In this document: in pieces, positions 29,401 through 37,349 of the stretch
Numbering within the stretch: position 1 is the stretch's first letter
How the letters are laid out: every line of letters starts with the position of its first letter
From: Candidatus Omnitrophota bacterium
Lineage (GTDB): Bacteria > Omnitrophota > Gorgyraeia > Gygaellales > Profunditerraquicolaceae
Assembly (NCBI GenBank): GCA_026416665.1
Contig: JAOAET010000041.1
Location: 10,425 to 74,424 of the forward strand
DNA: 64,000 nucleotides
Reading direction: 5' to 3'
Program-made: the position numbers and the translations under genes
The notes under the pieces: model-generated
Seen by the model: the letters and a program-made list of their open reading frames with translations, nothing else
Told to the model about the DNA's origin: nothing
Database searches by the model: none

Positions 29401-30016
29401 TATATCCCAGGAATTAAAAAAGGTTCAGGAAGATACCAAACGAATAGAAAAAGTAAAGATTCCGCAGGAATTAGAGCGTTGTGTAAGTGAATTAAATTCT
29501 CTTAAGAGAGAGCTTGCTAATAAAGATGCTGAGTATCTTAAGAAGATAAAAGAATATGAACAGAAGTATAAAGAAACCAGTAGTACAGATAAGAATAAAC
29601 AAAGTCTTATTAAGGAACTTGCGCAGTTAAAAACCAAGTATGAGGAATTAGAAAGAAGATACCAGATGTCTGAGAAGATTCGTAAAGATTTAGAGGCAAT
29701 TAAAGAGCGTTATGGTAAATTACCCGAAGAGAATGCCAATCTTCACTATAATTTAGGGGTTTTATACGCAGAAAAGAAAGATTACGATAAGGCAATAACA
29801 GAATTTAAAAAGGTTATTGAGCTTAAACCTCGTGATGCAGAGGCGCATTATAATCTTGGAGTAATTATTGGTGAGTATTTAGGTAACCGCAAAGAAGCAC
29901 TACCATATCTTGAAAAATTTCTAGAATTAGCACCGCAGGACCCCGAAGCAGATAAGATTCGCAAATATATTGTTACCTGGAAAACTTTTAGTGAGGGACA
30001 AGATGACCAGCGCTAA
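26489..30016 (+). CDS. giant (1175 aa) membrane-anchored coiled-coil protein with C-terminal TPR domain
   Basis: N-terminal TM, about 1000 aa of Q/E/K/L heptad sequence, and a C-terminal TPR (HYNLGVLYAEKKDYDKAITEFKKVIELKPRDAEAHYNLG). Confidence 0.7.
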   Translation: MRKIIFNKKIVEEALLISIIGLVIAGLNEPTFAKERSKSKTETQLREVDILRKELLKAQEALANLKSLYADKEIQVKQLSLKLTKLEEDFRQAQETVIRLRRDKEELSQLQTKLSLQLKSLETEKAILKKQNELLSTCNEENKAKTKELTVLRANCAKQNQDFLNKQQELEATIAAYENKNQQLIQQKAELELKYASCSQALTERKNFEISCLAQKESLLKELQDVRRQRDMLQKDLASAQAQTAEVSNLYERLKQQQQMEEELGQLRRNVAQLQNELKISQEQNKKLSEIASKYNKQADLADQLYQLRKQLSICEAQRIQLEKQQQQPDVQISRLRSEIAQLEKQKLMLEETCNKAKKQHDELGRKLSEMSKKLQLLQNENKMLKESVLASDKQTLLKELELLRRDLEKSQEEKKKIEDSARQNKQETQKAQQQLEVLRNKLTALKTCEENIEKQRQQLADCQERVNQIELLKKELESLRTKNQHLQQQVQQCTATNQQGNTSLNKELEKANKELELLRHTNQQLEKKAQEIFTLRQKESDEKTKEIALLKKEMEDLRNINNKLQQRIQQADEEVKEKKKCAEEINLLKRELKQVNDKNRQLSKKIEGCQAGSQQQLVECNKRVEYLNKELEQLRSVNKKLQQKSEEVLTTPKDSAQENKEYIQLKEKYRQLEQERNRLQEEIKQLQKQQADLVTQYEARLKKEPMLSKSSTDSSETVAILKQELTKAQELSYQLVKEKADCQKRYEELSEQLNKALLVKEAQEKEKQDIERKNKELEEQYKNLSLQLSRLMIQYGELGQQNQQLTNANANCRSEIVSVQNKLQQAEQLVSSLQLEVERMKKENNDLNVKFFNEKLQREQDVALVQAQCNQQIALKEGEYVQLSKKFEDFRNQKQVQVTALENELASVKKELADAQNLSFQMVQEKGSLSGQLKKLTEQLQATENQNTLLIQQKTELEKQNAFLKEQYISISQELKKVQEDTKRIEKVKIPQELERCVSELNSLKRELANKDAEYLKKIKEYEQKYKETSSTDKNKQSLIKELAQLKTKYEELERRYQMSEKIRKDLEAIKERYGKLPEENANLHYNLGVLYAEKKDYDKAITEFKKVIELKPRDAEAHYNLGVIIGEYLGNRKEALPYLEKFLELAPQDPEADKIRKYIVTWKTFSEGQDDQR

Positions 30017-30233
30017 ATATATAACTGCAAAAGAAATTGCTCAGAAATATGCCCTTTCTTATCAAAGTATAAACCGCTATTCTGACGCAGGTCTTTTACC
30101 AGTTGCTTTCAAAAAAGGAAATATTCGTTATTTTGAACGTTCAGTAGTAATTAAACGAATGAAAACTATCTTAGAAATGAGTAAGGATGGGTACTCTTTG
30201 TTGTTGATACGCAAAAAAATTTTGGGTATTTAA
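30003..30233 (+). CDS. MerR-superfamily HTH-only small DNA-binding protein (module B paralog)
   Basis: MTSAKYITAKEIAQKYALSYQSINRYSDAGLLP...GNIRYFERSV...GYSLLLIRKKILGI. The start was chosen at the internal ATG 30003. Overlaps the stop of the 1175 aa gene. Confidence 0.6.
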   Translation: MTSAKYITAKEIAQKYALSYQSINRYSDAGLLPVAFKKGNIRYFERSVVIKRMKTILEMSKDGYSLLLIRKKILGI

Positions 30234-30234
30234 T

Positions 30235-31977
30235 ATGCGTTTTTGTGGAATAGTTTATTTAATTATCTGGGGCATTTTCATTACGGCTAAATGTGGTTTA
30301 GCTCAGCAAAGCGGTTTTCGTGATTTGGATTTTCCTCAGAAACGTATTTCTTTGGACCTAAAGGATATGGATATTATCGAAGCATTAAAATATATTGCCA
30401 CAAAAGCCCAGATGGATATTATCCCCACCAAAGAGGTTTCAGGTAGAGTTTCTCTTACGGTTCAGGATGTCCCTGTTAAAGATGTTTTTGAGATTATCTT
30501 ACGCAGCAACAATCTTGTTTACGAAAAACGGGGTTCTATCTACAATGTAATGACTGAAAATGAATATAAGAATCGTTTTGGGAGAAGTTTTTATGATAAT
30601 AGAATTTTTAAAGTAATTCAGCTACAATACGCCTCTCCTGAACAGGCATTGACTCTTTTAAATTCAATGAAAAGTGATGTTGGCAAGGTGCTTATTGACC
30701 CTGATTCTGGAATTATACTTATTCTTGATACCCCTGAAAGGGTAGCAAATATGGAGGCTACTTTAAGGGCAATGGATCAGAAAAGTATAATAAGAGTTTT
30801 TAATTTAAAGTATGCCCGTGCCAAAGATATGGAAGAAAAGCTTAAAACACAACTTGACCTTAAAAAAGTTGGTTCAGTAAAAGCTGATGAGCGAACAAAT
30901 CAATTGATTGTTCAGACGTTACCACAGAGAATGGAAGAAATAGCCAAGTTAATTGAAAGCCTTGACCAGAAGACACGACAGATTCTTATTGATGCCAAAA
31001 TAATTCAGGTGCAGTTAAATGATGCAACAAGCTCAGCGGTAGAGTGGGAAGGTCTTTTTCAGCTTAGTAAAAAGCACGGCATGACTTATTTAGGGTCATA
31101 CCCTTTTAGTTCAGTTCAGGCATCCACAGACAGTTGGCGTTCACGTAAAGATACACTTACAGAGGTAGGATACGTAGGGTCTTTTCCTTTTTCTGGCACA
31201 ACCTCAAATTACTCTGCAGGCAGGCAAAGTGTGGGGATTCAAGAAATGCATTTAGGAGTTATTGGCAAAAATGATTTTGATGTTATAATAAAGTATCTGC
31301 AGTCATTGGGACAGACCCGTATTCTTTCTAATCCTAAGTTAGCAGTGGTAAACAACCAAGAGGCAAGAATTCATGTTGGCGAGCGACAAGCTTATATTAC
31401 TACTACCACCACTCAGACGCAGACTTCTACTACTGTATCTGAAGCAGTAACGTATGTAGACGTGGGGATTCAGTTAGCAGTAACTCCCACTATCAATGAG
31501 GATGGATTTGTTACTGTAAAGATAAAGCCTGAGATTTCTAGTGTGGTTAGTTATCTTGAGACTTCCAGTAATAACAAAATACCTATAATTGATACTTCTA
31601 CTGCAGAAACTATTGTAATGGTAAAAGACGGAACAAGTATCTTAATAGGAGGTCTTAGTAAACAGGAAAAGGTAAATACCTCTGAAGGTGTACCCTTGTT
31701 GCAGAAGGTTCCTGTTTTAGGAAAGATATTTTCCAATAAGGTTGATAAAACAAAACGCTCGGAACTAATGGTATTGTTGACTCCGCATGTAGTAGAAGGC
31801 GATGAGTTAGTTACTGGTTCTCAGAGTGACTTCGGTTATAAATTAGATAAAGAATATCAAAAATACCCTGAGTTCTTAGATGAACCAGTAGAATTGGAAC
31901 CGAAACCTTATCAAACGTATCCACCACTTAGAGGTGAGCAAAGTTTACCAACTTTAAAACCTGAGCGTAGTTTTTAG
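30235..31977 (+). CDS. secretin (PilQ/GspD/MshL-like), module B paralog
   Basis: The same architecture as 24639..26474 with collinear similarity throughout (e.g. NPKLAVVNNQEARIHVG, LIGGLSK, VPLLQKVPVLGKIF, ELMVLLTPHVV). Confidence 0.8.
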   Translation: MRFCGIVYLIIWGIFITAKCGLAQQSGFRDLDFPQKRISLDLKDMDIIEALKYIATKAQMDIIPTKEVSGRVSLTVQDVPVKDVFEIILRSNNLVYEKRGSIYNVMTENEYKNRFGRSFYDNRIFKVIQLQYASPEQALTLLNSMKSDVGKVLIDPDSGIILILDTPERVANMEATLRAMDQKSIIRVFNLKYARAKDMEEKLKTQLDLKKVGSVKADERTNQLIVQTLPQRMEEIAKLIESLDQKTRQILIDAKIIQVQLNDATSSAVEWEGLFQLSKKHGMTYLGSYPFSSVQASTDSWRSRKDTLTEVGYVGSFPFSGTTSNYSAGRQSVGIQEMHLGVIGKNDFDVIIKYLQSLGQTRILSNPKLAVVNNQEARIHVGERQAYITTTTTQTQTSTTVSEAVTYVDVGIQLAVTPTINEDGFVTVKIKPEISSVVSYLETSSNNKIPIIDTSTAETIVMVKDGTSILIGGLSKQEKVNTSEGVPLLQKVPVLGKIFSNKVDKTKRSELMVLLTPHVVEGDELVTGSQSDFGYKLDKEYQKYPEFLDEPVELEPKPYQTYPPLRGEQSLPTLKPERSF

Positions 31978-31985
31978 GAGAGAAA

Positions 31986-32930
31986 ATGATAAGATTATTT
32001 AAAATAAGTTTAATAGCTGTTATACTCAGTCATATAATAGATATCTCTTCTGTCTTTGCGCAAGCAACATTACAAGAAGAGTTCAATAAGTTAAAGAAGC
32101 AGTATGAATTGGTGGTCGCCGACAGAGATAATATTTTAGCCCAGACAAAGGGATTACTTGAATATAAAAATCGTTATAAGGAATTAGAAACAGAGTATGA
32201 CAAACTAAAAAAAGAAAATGACCAACTGAAAATAGACCTTCAATTAGCTAAAGAACAAATTACTAATCTCCAGCAGCTGCAAGGTGAATGGGAGATAACT
32301 AAAGGTCAGCTTGAACGAGAAAATAAAGAGTTAAAGGCATCTTTAGAAAAGGTTACTGTGGAATACAAGATGCTTCCGGAATTACGTAAGGAGTTAAATT
32401 CAATTAAAAATGAAAACACAGCACTTAGACGTTCTATGCAGTCACTTGAAGCAAAGGTAAAACAGCTAAATCAACAAAAACTTAATGACGATGCACAGCT
32501 TGAGATATACCGTATCCAAATAAAAGATTTAAAGAAACGTTATGAACAGGCACTGGCAAAAAATAGAGAATTAGAAAAACGAGCACAAAACCTACCTAAA
32601 CGTTTTGCAGAGTTGGCTCGTGAGAACAAAATGCTTATTAAAGAGACAGCACTAATGCATTATAATTTAGGTGTCTTTTATACAAAGAATAAGGAATTTT
32701 CACGGGCAATAGCGGAGTTTGAAAAAGCAGCAGAGCTTAATCCTGAAGACCCAGCAGTTTATTATAATCTTGGTTATATCTATGCAGAATACCTAGTAAA
32801 TAGGCCTAAGGCAATTGAATACTTTAAAAAGTATCTAGGTGTAGCCAAACCAGGGGATAAGGATATGGACTGGGTTAAGAAATATATTGTAACATGGGAA
32901 ACGTGGGAGGGTAAAAAACCAATGAAATAA
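31986..32930 (+). CDS. coiled-coil protein with C-terminal TPR domain (short paralog of the 1175 aa protein)
   Basis: Signal/TM, about 200 aa of coiled coil. The C-terminus MHYNLGVFYTKNKEFSRAIAEFEKAAELNPEDPAVYYNLGYIYAEY...KKYIVTWE is collinear with the C-terminus of 26489..30016. Confidence 0.65.
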   Translation: MIRLFKISLIAVILSHIIDISSVFAQATLQEEFNKLKKQYELVVADRDNILAQTKGLLEYKNRYKELETEYDKLKKENDQLKIDLQLAKEQITNLQQLQGEWEITKGQLERENKELKASLEKVTVEYKMLPELRKELNSIKNENTALRRSMQSLEAKVKQLNQQKLNDDAQLEIYRIQIKDLKKRYEQALAKNRELEKRAQNLPKRFAELARENKMLIKETALMHYNLGVFYTKNKEFSRAIAEFEKAAELNPEDPAVYYNLGYIYAEYLVNRPKAIEYFKKYLGVAKPGDKDMDWVKKYIVTWETWEGKKPMK

Positions 32931-32945
32931 GAAGGAGGGGCGAGA

Positions 32946-33530
32946 ATGAAGAGAGCGATAGTTTTTACCGCAGTTTTTAGTCTTCTACTGTTAGTTGTAA
33001 ATGAGGTACTTGCTTGGTCTATATTTGGAAAGAAGAAAGAAACTTCACCAACAACCACACAACAAGATACTGCCAAATCCACACCAACTCCTGCAGTCGC
33101 TTCACCTCAGAAGACACCTGAGGAGTTGAAACGCGAAGAGGCACTTAAAGTACGTAAAGCACAGGCACAACGTAAATTAGCGGAGCTTAATAATACTGAA
33201 TGGCAGATTGAGTTAACTCCTCTTTATAGTAAAGGAAAGAAAGAAACAGATACAGTAGTTTTCAAAGAAAATAAAGTTTCTTTGGTTAACTTTAGTAAGA
33301 AAGGATTTGGTCCTACTAATTTTACTTTAACCGTTCAAGAAGATGGAATGGTAGTTTGGGAGACAATGCAGACCTCTGAAAAAGGGCAATTAGTATTTTG
33401 GCGAGGTGAGATGGATACAGATTTAAAGCAAATGCGGGGAGTAGCCAGCTATCAAATAGACCAGAACAACAAACAGGATTATTCTTTCATAAGTATATCA
33501 AAGAAGAATCTACCTATTACGGATAAGTAA
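32946..33530 (+). CDS. secreted protein with Thr/Pro-rich linker, unknown function
   Basis: Signal peptide, a low-complexity TSPTTTQQDTAKSTPTPAVASPQKTP linker, and a globular C-terminus. Located immediately upstream of the ExeA-like ATPase. Confidence 0.45.
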   Translation: MKRAIVFTAVFSLLLLVVNEVLAWSIFGKKKETSPTTTQQDTAKSTPTPAVASPQKTPEELKREEALKVRKAQAQRKLAELNNTEWQIELTPLYSKGKKETDTVVFKENKVSLVNFSKKGFGPTNFTLTVQEDGMVVWETMQTSEKGQLVFWRGEMDTDLKQMRGVASYQIDQNNKQDYSFISISKKNLPITDK

Positions 33531-33531
33531 T

Positions 33532-34440
33532 ATGTATGAGGCCTACTGGGGGCTAACAGAAAAACCATTTGAAAATACCCCTGACCCACGTTTTTTCTAC
33601 TACTCACAACAACATAAAGAGGCAATTGCCCGCATGCTCTATGTGGTGCGTGAGCATAAAGGGGCAGCTCTTTTTACAGGAGAATATGGTTGCGGGAAAA
33701 CACTTCTTTCACGTATCTTATGGCAGGAATTACAACAGGAGAATCGCTACCAACCTGTATTTATCTTAAATCCCCGCCTGTCGGGTGTAGAGTTTATTCA
33801 AGAAATTGTCCATCAGTTAGGAGGTGCTTTTGAATCTCAGGCAAAGATTGATTTATTTCATTGTCTACATAAGATACTCTACGCCAACCATAACGCAAAT
33901 AAACACAGTGTTATTATTATTGATGAGGCACAGGCAATTAAAGATAAAGATACTTTCGAAGAGATAAGATTGCTTTTAAATTTCCAGTTGGATAATGCCT
34001 TTCTTTTAACCATTATCCTGTTGGGACAACCAGAGTTAAAATTTACTGTAATGAGTCTTCCACAATTTATGCAAAGAATGGCGGTTCGTTTTCATTTGAA
34101 GGCCTTTAATGAAATAGAGACCAGACAATATATTGAACATCGCTTAGCAGTCTGTGGAGTGAAACGACAACTGTTTGCGGACGAGGCATATAAAGAGATA
34201 TATGTTGTTACCGGTGGCATACCCCGTCGTATTAATACCATATGTGATTTGGCTTTGTTAGTTGGTTTTGGTTTAGGTTTGACTATTATAGACCACCAAA
34301 CCATCATAAAAATTAATCAGGACTTAGAATCACCTGATTTTAACGGTTCACTTCAACAACCTCTACAGACCGCTAGTGATAATTCTACAAATAACGGAGC
34401 AAGTCAGATTGATTCCTTAAAAGTCAAACCACAGACATAG
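33532..34440 (+). CDS. ExeA/GspA/MshM-like AAA+ ATPase
   Basis: N-terminal YWGLTEKPFENTPDPRFFYYSQQHKEA...LFTGEYGCGKTLLSR (ExeA signature plus Walker A) and a Walker B IIIIDEAQ. Confidence 0.75.
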   Translation: MYEAYWGLTEKPFENTPDPRFFYYSQQHKEAIARMLYVVREHKGAALFTGEYGCGKTLLSRILWQELQQENRYQPVFILNPRLSGVEFIQEIVHQLGGAFESQAKIDLFHCLHKILYANHNANKHSVIIIDEAQAIKDKDTFEEIRLLLNFQLDNAFLLTIILLGQPELKFTVMSLPQFMQRMAVRFHLKAFNEIETRQYIEHRLAVCGVKRQLFADEAYKEIYVVTGGIPRRINTICDLALLVGFGLGLTIIDHQTIIKINQDLESPDFNGSLQQPLQTASDNSTNNGASQIDSLKVKPQT

Positions 34441-34463
34441 AATAATAGCAATAATTAATAAAG

Positions 34464-35564
34464 ATGTTAAGTATTCTAAATGTATTGAAAAAATATTATG
34501 AAGAGAAGAAGAAGACAGCTGAAGGTGTATCTTCTAATTCTGAAAAAGAGCGTTCAGATGTAACTTCAATAGTACAGAATTTAGAACTTCCTTCCTTGGC
34601 AGACTGCGGTGCTACAAGAGAATCAATAAGTATTTTTACTGTGGTAAACAGACAGTCAGAGGAAGAGAAGGCTCAGAAAGCAAGAGAATTTTATTTTAAT
34701 CTTGTAAATTGGCTAAGAAAGATTTATACAACAGAATTCCAAGCGAATGCACAATTTAAAGAAGAGTGTTTTAGTTTTATTGATGAGCAGTTAACGTATC
34801 TTAACACTGCCGTTGAGGAATTGATTCATCAAGCAAATAGTGACTATCCTGTTGATGAGACCTGGCTTGCTTCTCATGCAGCAGCAGTAAGTGTGATTGC
34901 TTTAGAGATAGCCAAGGGGTTAGAATATAATAGGCAGAAGCTTATGGAACTGGCAGCTTGTGTATTCTTTCATGATATTGGAATGCTTAAGATTTTGGAC
35001 ATTGTCCAGAAACAATCACAATTAAGCAAAGAAGAGTTGGCGCAGATAAGACAACATCCTATTATGGGGACAAGTCTTTTAGGGACGATGAATCTTGGAC
35101 TATTTAGTTGTATAGGTGAGGTTATATTACAAGAGCATGAGCGGATAGATGGTAGTGGGTATCCTCAAGGTTTAAAGCAAGATACAATTAATGAATATGC
35201 AAAGATATTGGGCCTTGCGGATATTTACGAAGCACTTACTCATAATCGCCCTTATCGTAGAAGAATTACACCACCTAAGGCAATAAACTTGATTCTAAAT
35301 AACAAACATCTGTTTGATGCGAAAGTTTTGAAAAAACTTTTAGAACGCATAGGGGTCTTTCCAGCAGGGAGTCTGGTGCGTCTAAATACAAAAGAAATTG
35401 GGGTGGTCACGAAGATTAACCATCAGCTTCCACTTAGGCCCACAGTGTTAGTTTTATTTGAAGAGAAAGGAACAAGACTTTCGGCACCAAAAGAACTTGA
35501 CCTCTCAAAAAATTTTTTACTTTGTATTGAGGAGTGTATTGAGGAAAATGTAACAGTATCTTAA
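34464..35564 (+). CDS. HD-GYP domain protein (c-di-GMP phosphodiesterase family)
   Basis: HDIGMLKI and HERIDGSGYPQGL motifs in the C-terminal half. The N-terminal half has no recognisable domain. Confidence 0.75.
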   Translation: MLSILNVLKKYYEEKKKTAEGVSSNSEKERSDVTSIVQNLELPSLADCGATRESISIFTVVNRQSEEEKAQKAREFYFNLVNWLRKIYTTEFQANAQFKEECFSFIDEQLTYLNTAVEELIHQANSDYPVDETWLASHAAAVSVIALEIAKGLEYNRQKLMELAACVFFHDIGMLKILDIVQKQSQLSKEELAQIRQHPIMGTSLLGTMNLGLFSCIGEVILQEHERIDGSGYPQGLKQDTINEYAKILGLADIYEALTHNRPYRRRITPPKAINLILNNKHLFDAKVLKKLLERIGVFPAGSLVRLNTKEIGVVTKINHQLPLRPTVLVLFEEKGTRLSAPKELDLSKNFLLCIEECIEENVTVS

Positions 35565-35573
35565 AATAAATCT

Positions 35574-37346
35574 ATGTGGCAGAGCAAGGGCTTATTTACA
35601 ATTGGCATTGTGGGATTTGGATTAGTTGCGCTAACCACTTTTGTTGCTACAGAATTATCACGGCAAAAGGAAATTCAAATTCAGCTTAACCAGCTTCTTT
35701 CAGATGCCTATAAAGAAAAAGAGTCACTTTCTGGAACAATAGAACAGCTAAAAGAAGACCTTAACCAGAAGCAACAACTACTATCTAAACTCTCGGATGT
35801 GCAGGCGATCCATCAGGCATTGATTACTGCACAACAAAATGTAGAGATGTTAACCGCAGAAGTAAATAGACTTAATAAGGAACGTTCTAACTTACAGGCA
35901 GAAAATGTTAGTTTAAATACACGCTTTCAAAATACTACTAAAGAATATATGAAAGTGTTAGCAGAACTGAAAGCCGTAAAAGAAGAATTGAATCGTGTTA
36001 ATCAGCAGGCTGCCCCTGAACGTAAAAAGCTTGAACAGGTAAATAAGCTTTTAGAAGAAAAAACACAAGAATTCCTGAAACAGCAAAAGGAGTTGGAGGC
36101 AATAAAAGCACAACTAAAGAATGTAAACGACAATAATAAAAATCTTCAAAATAAAGTGGTAAGCCTTGAGCAAGAAAGACAAAAACTTCTTTCACAGGTT
36201 AAATCTTTAGAAACACAATTAAATAGTCGTGTTCCGTCTTCGCGAAATTGGGAGCAGACAATATCCGAGTTAAAAAGAACCTTAGCTGAGCGTGATAAGG
36301 AAATTACACAGCTTCAAGAACGCCTACAGCAGGTGCAGGAACAATCCACAAAGGCTATCCAAACGAGTTCCTTAACAGATAGACAAAAACAGATGCCACA
36401 ATTAAAGGATGAGAGACTTCAACGCCAAATAGATGAACTTCACAAGATAAATACACAGCTTAAAGAAGAAGTCACACGTCTCTCAGATGAATTGGCCCAG
36501 GAGCGTCAAAAGGTTAATCGGTTGGCACGTAGTTCACAGATAGTTTCGCCCGATATTAAGAAAATAGAAACTATGCAGGAAGAAATGAAGCGTCTGTCTG
36601 ATATTCTTATGCGAAAAGAGTTTGAGATAGATGAAGCTAAAAAAGAAACCTTAAGCTATAAAGAGAAACTTATTGAGATGCAAGAAAAGTTAAATCGTTT
36701 AGAGGCTTATGCAAACTCCACACGAGTAGCCAAAGATCAGTTGTTGGAATTACAGAATCAGAAGGCTCTATTAGAGTCGCGTCTTGCTGAAGCACAGGCA
36801 CAGCTTGCTAAGAAAAATGAGCTAATTGAGTCTTTACAAAAGAACATTGACTTCTTGAATCAAGATATAGCAAAAAAAGATGAACAAATACGTAAGATAG
36901 AAAATGAACTTTCTTTCTTAAGCAGAAAATCTAAGGAGGAATTGGAACAGGAAAAAGCACGGTCTACTGAAATTAATTTATTGTATTCCAGTCTTAAAGC
37001 ACAGCTTGCCCAGTATGCTGACGCCCTAAAACTTAAAGATGCACAGAGTGAACAAGACCGCAAACAGATTGCCAAACTACAGGAAGAGATTTTACAAGTT
37101 CGGCAAAAGGCTGAGAGATTAGAAACGGAGTTAGCTGAAGCGCGTGAACGACAACGGAAAGCTATGGATGATTTGTCTGCAGCAGTTCGGCTCAATGCAG
37201 TTTTACAGGAAAGACTTTTTGGTACATCCGAAAAATCTAACATCTCTTATAACCTTACAGATACCTTAGAATCAGAAAGCCAACGGCTCAAGGCAGAGGA
37301 GATGCGTAAGAAAATAGAAGTTATTCTTGAGCCAAAGAAGAATTAA
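35574..37346 (+). CDS. membrane-anchored coiled-coil protein (590 aa)
   Basis: N-terminal TM (LFTIGIVGFGLVALTTFVA), then continuous heptad-rich sequence. Confidence 0.55.
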   Translation: MWQSKGLFTIGIVGFGLVALTTFVATELSRQKEIQIQLNQLLSDAYKEKESLSGTIEQLKEDLNQKQQLLSKLSDVQAIHQALITAQQNVEMLTAEVNRLNKERSNLQAENVSLNTRFQNTTKEYMKVLAELKAVKEELNRVNQQAAPERKKLEQVNKLLEEKTQEFLKQQKELEAIKAQLKNVNDNNKNLQNKVVSLEQERQKLLSQVKSLETQLNSRVPSSRNWEQTISELKRTLAERDKEITQLQERLQQVQEQSTKAIQTSSLTDRQKQMPQLKDERLQRQIDELHKINTQLKEEVTRLSDELAQERQKVNRLARSSQIVSPDIKKIETMQEEMKRLSDILMRKEFEIDEAKKETLSYKEKLIEMQEKLNRLEAYANSTRVAKDQLLELQNQKALLESRLAEAQAQLAKKNELIESLQKNIDFLNQDIAKKDEQIRKIENELSFLSRKSKEELEQEKARSTEINLLYSSLKAQLAQYADALKLKDAQSEQDRKQIAKLQEEILQVRQKAERLETELAEARERQRKAMDDLSAAVRLNAVLQERLFGTSEKSNISYNLTDTLESESQRLKAEEMRKKIEVILEPKKN

Positions 37347-37349
37347 AGA

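Noticed and set aside
26600-29700. Highly repetitive DNA within the 1175-aa gene, considered as a possible CRISPR or tandem-repeat array
   Set aside because: The repeats are imperfect, in-frame and encode coiled-coil heptads. There are no regular spacer/repeat units or cas genes.
22832-33000. Duplicated modules considered as a mobile element or IS-mediated duplication
   Set aside because: No transposase, integrase, or terminal inverted or direct repeats flank the modules. The paralogs are diverged at protein level, consistent with ancient tandem duplication.
33569-33769. 66-aa ORF in alternative frame inside the ExeA-like gene
   Set aside because: Overlaps the Walker A region of a well-supported ATPase gene.
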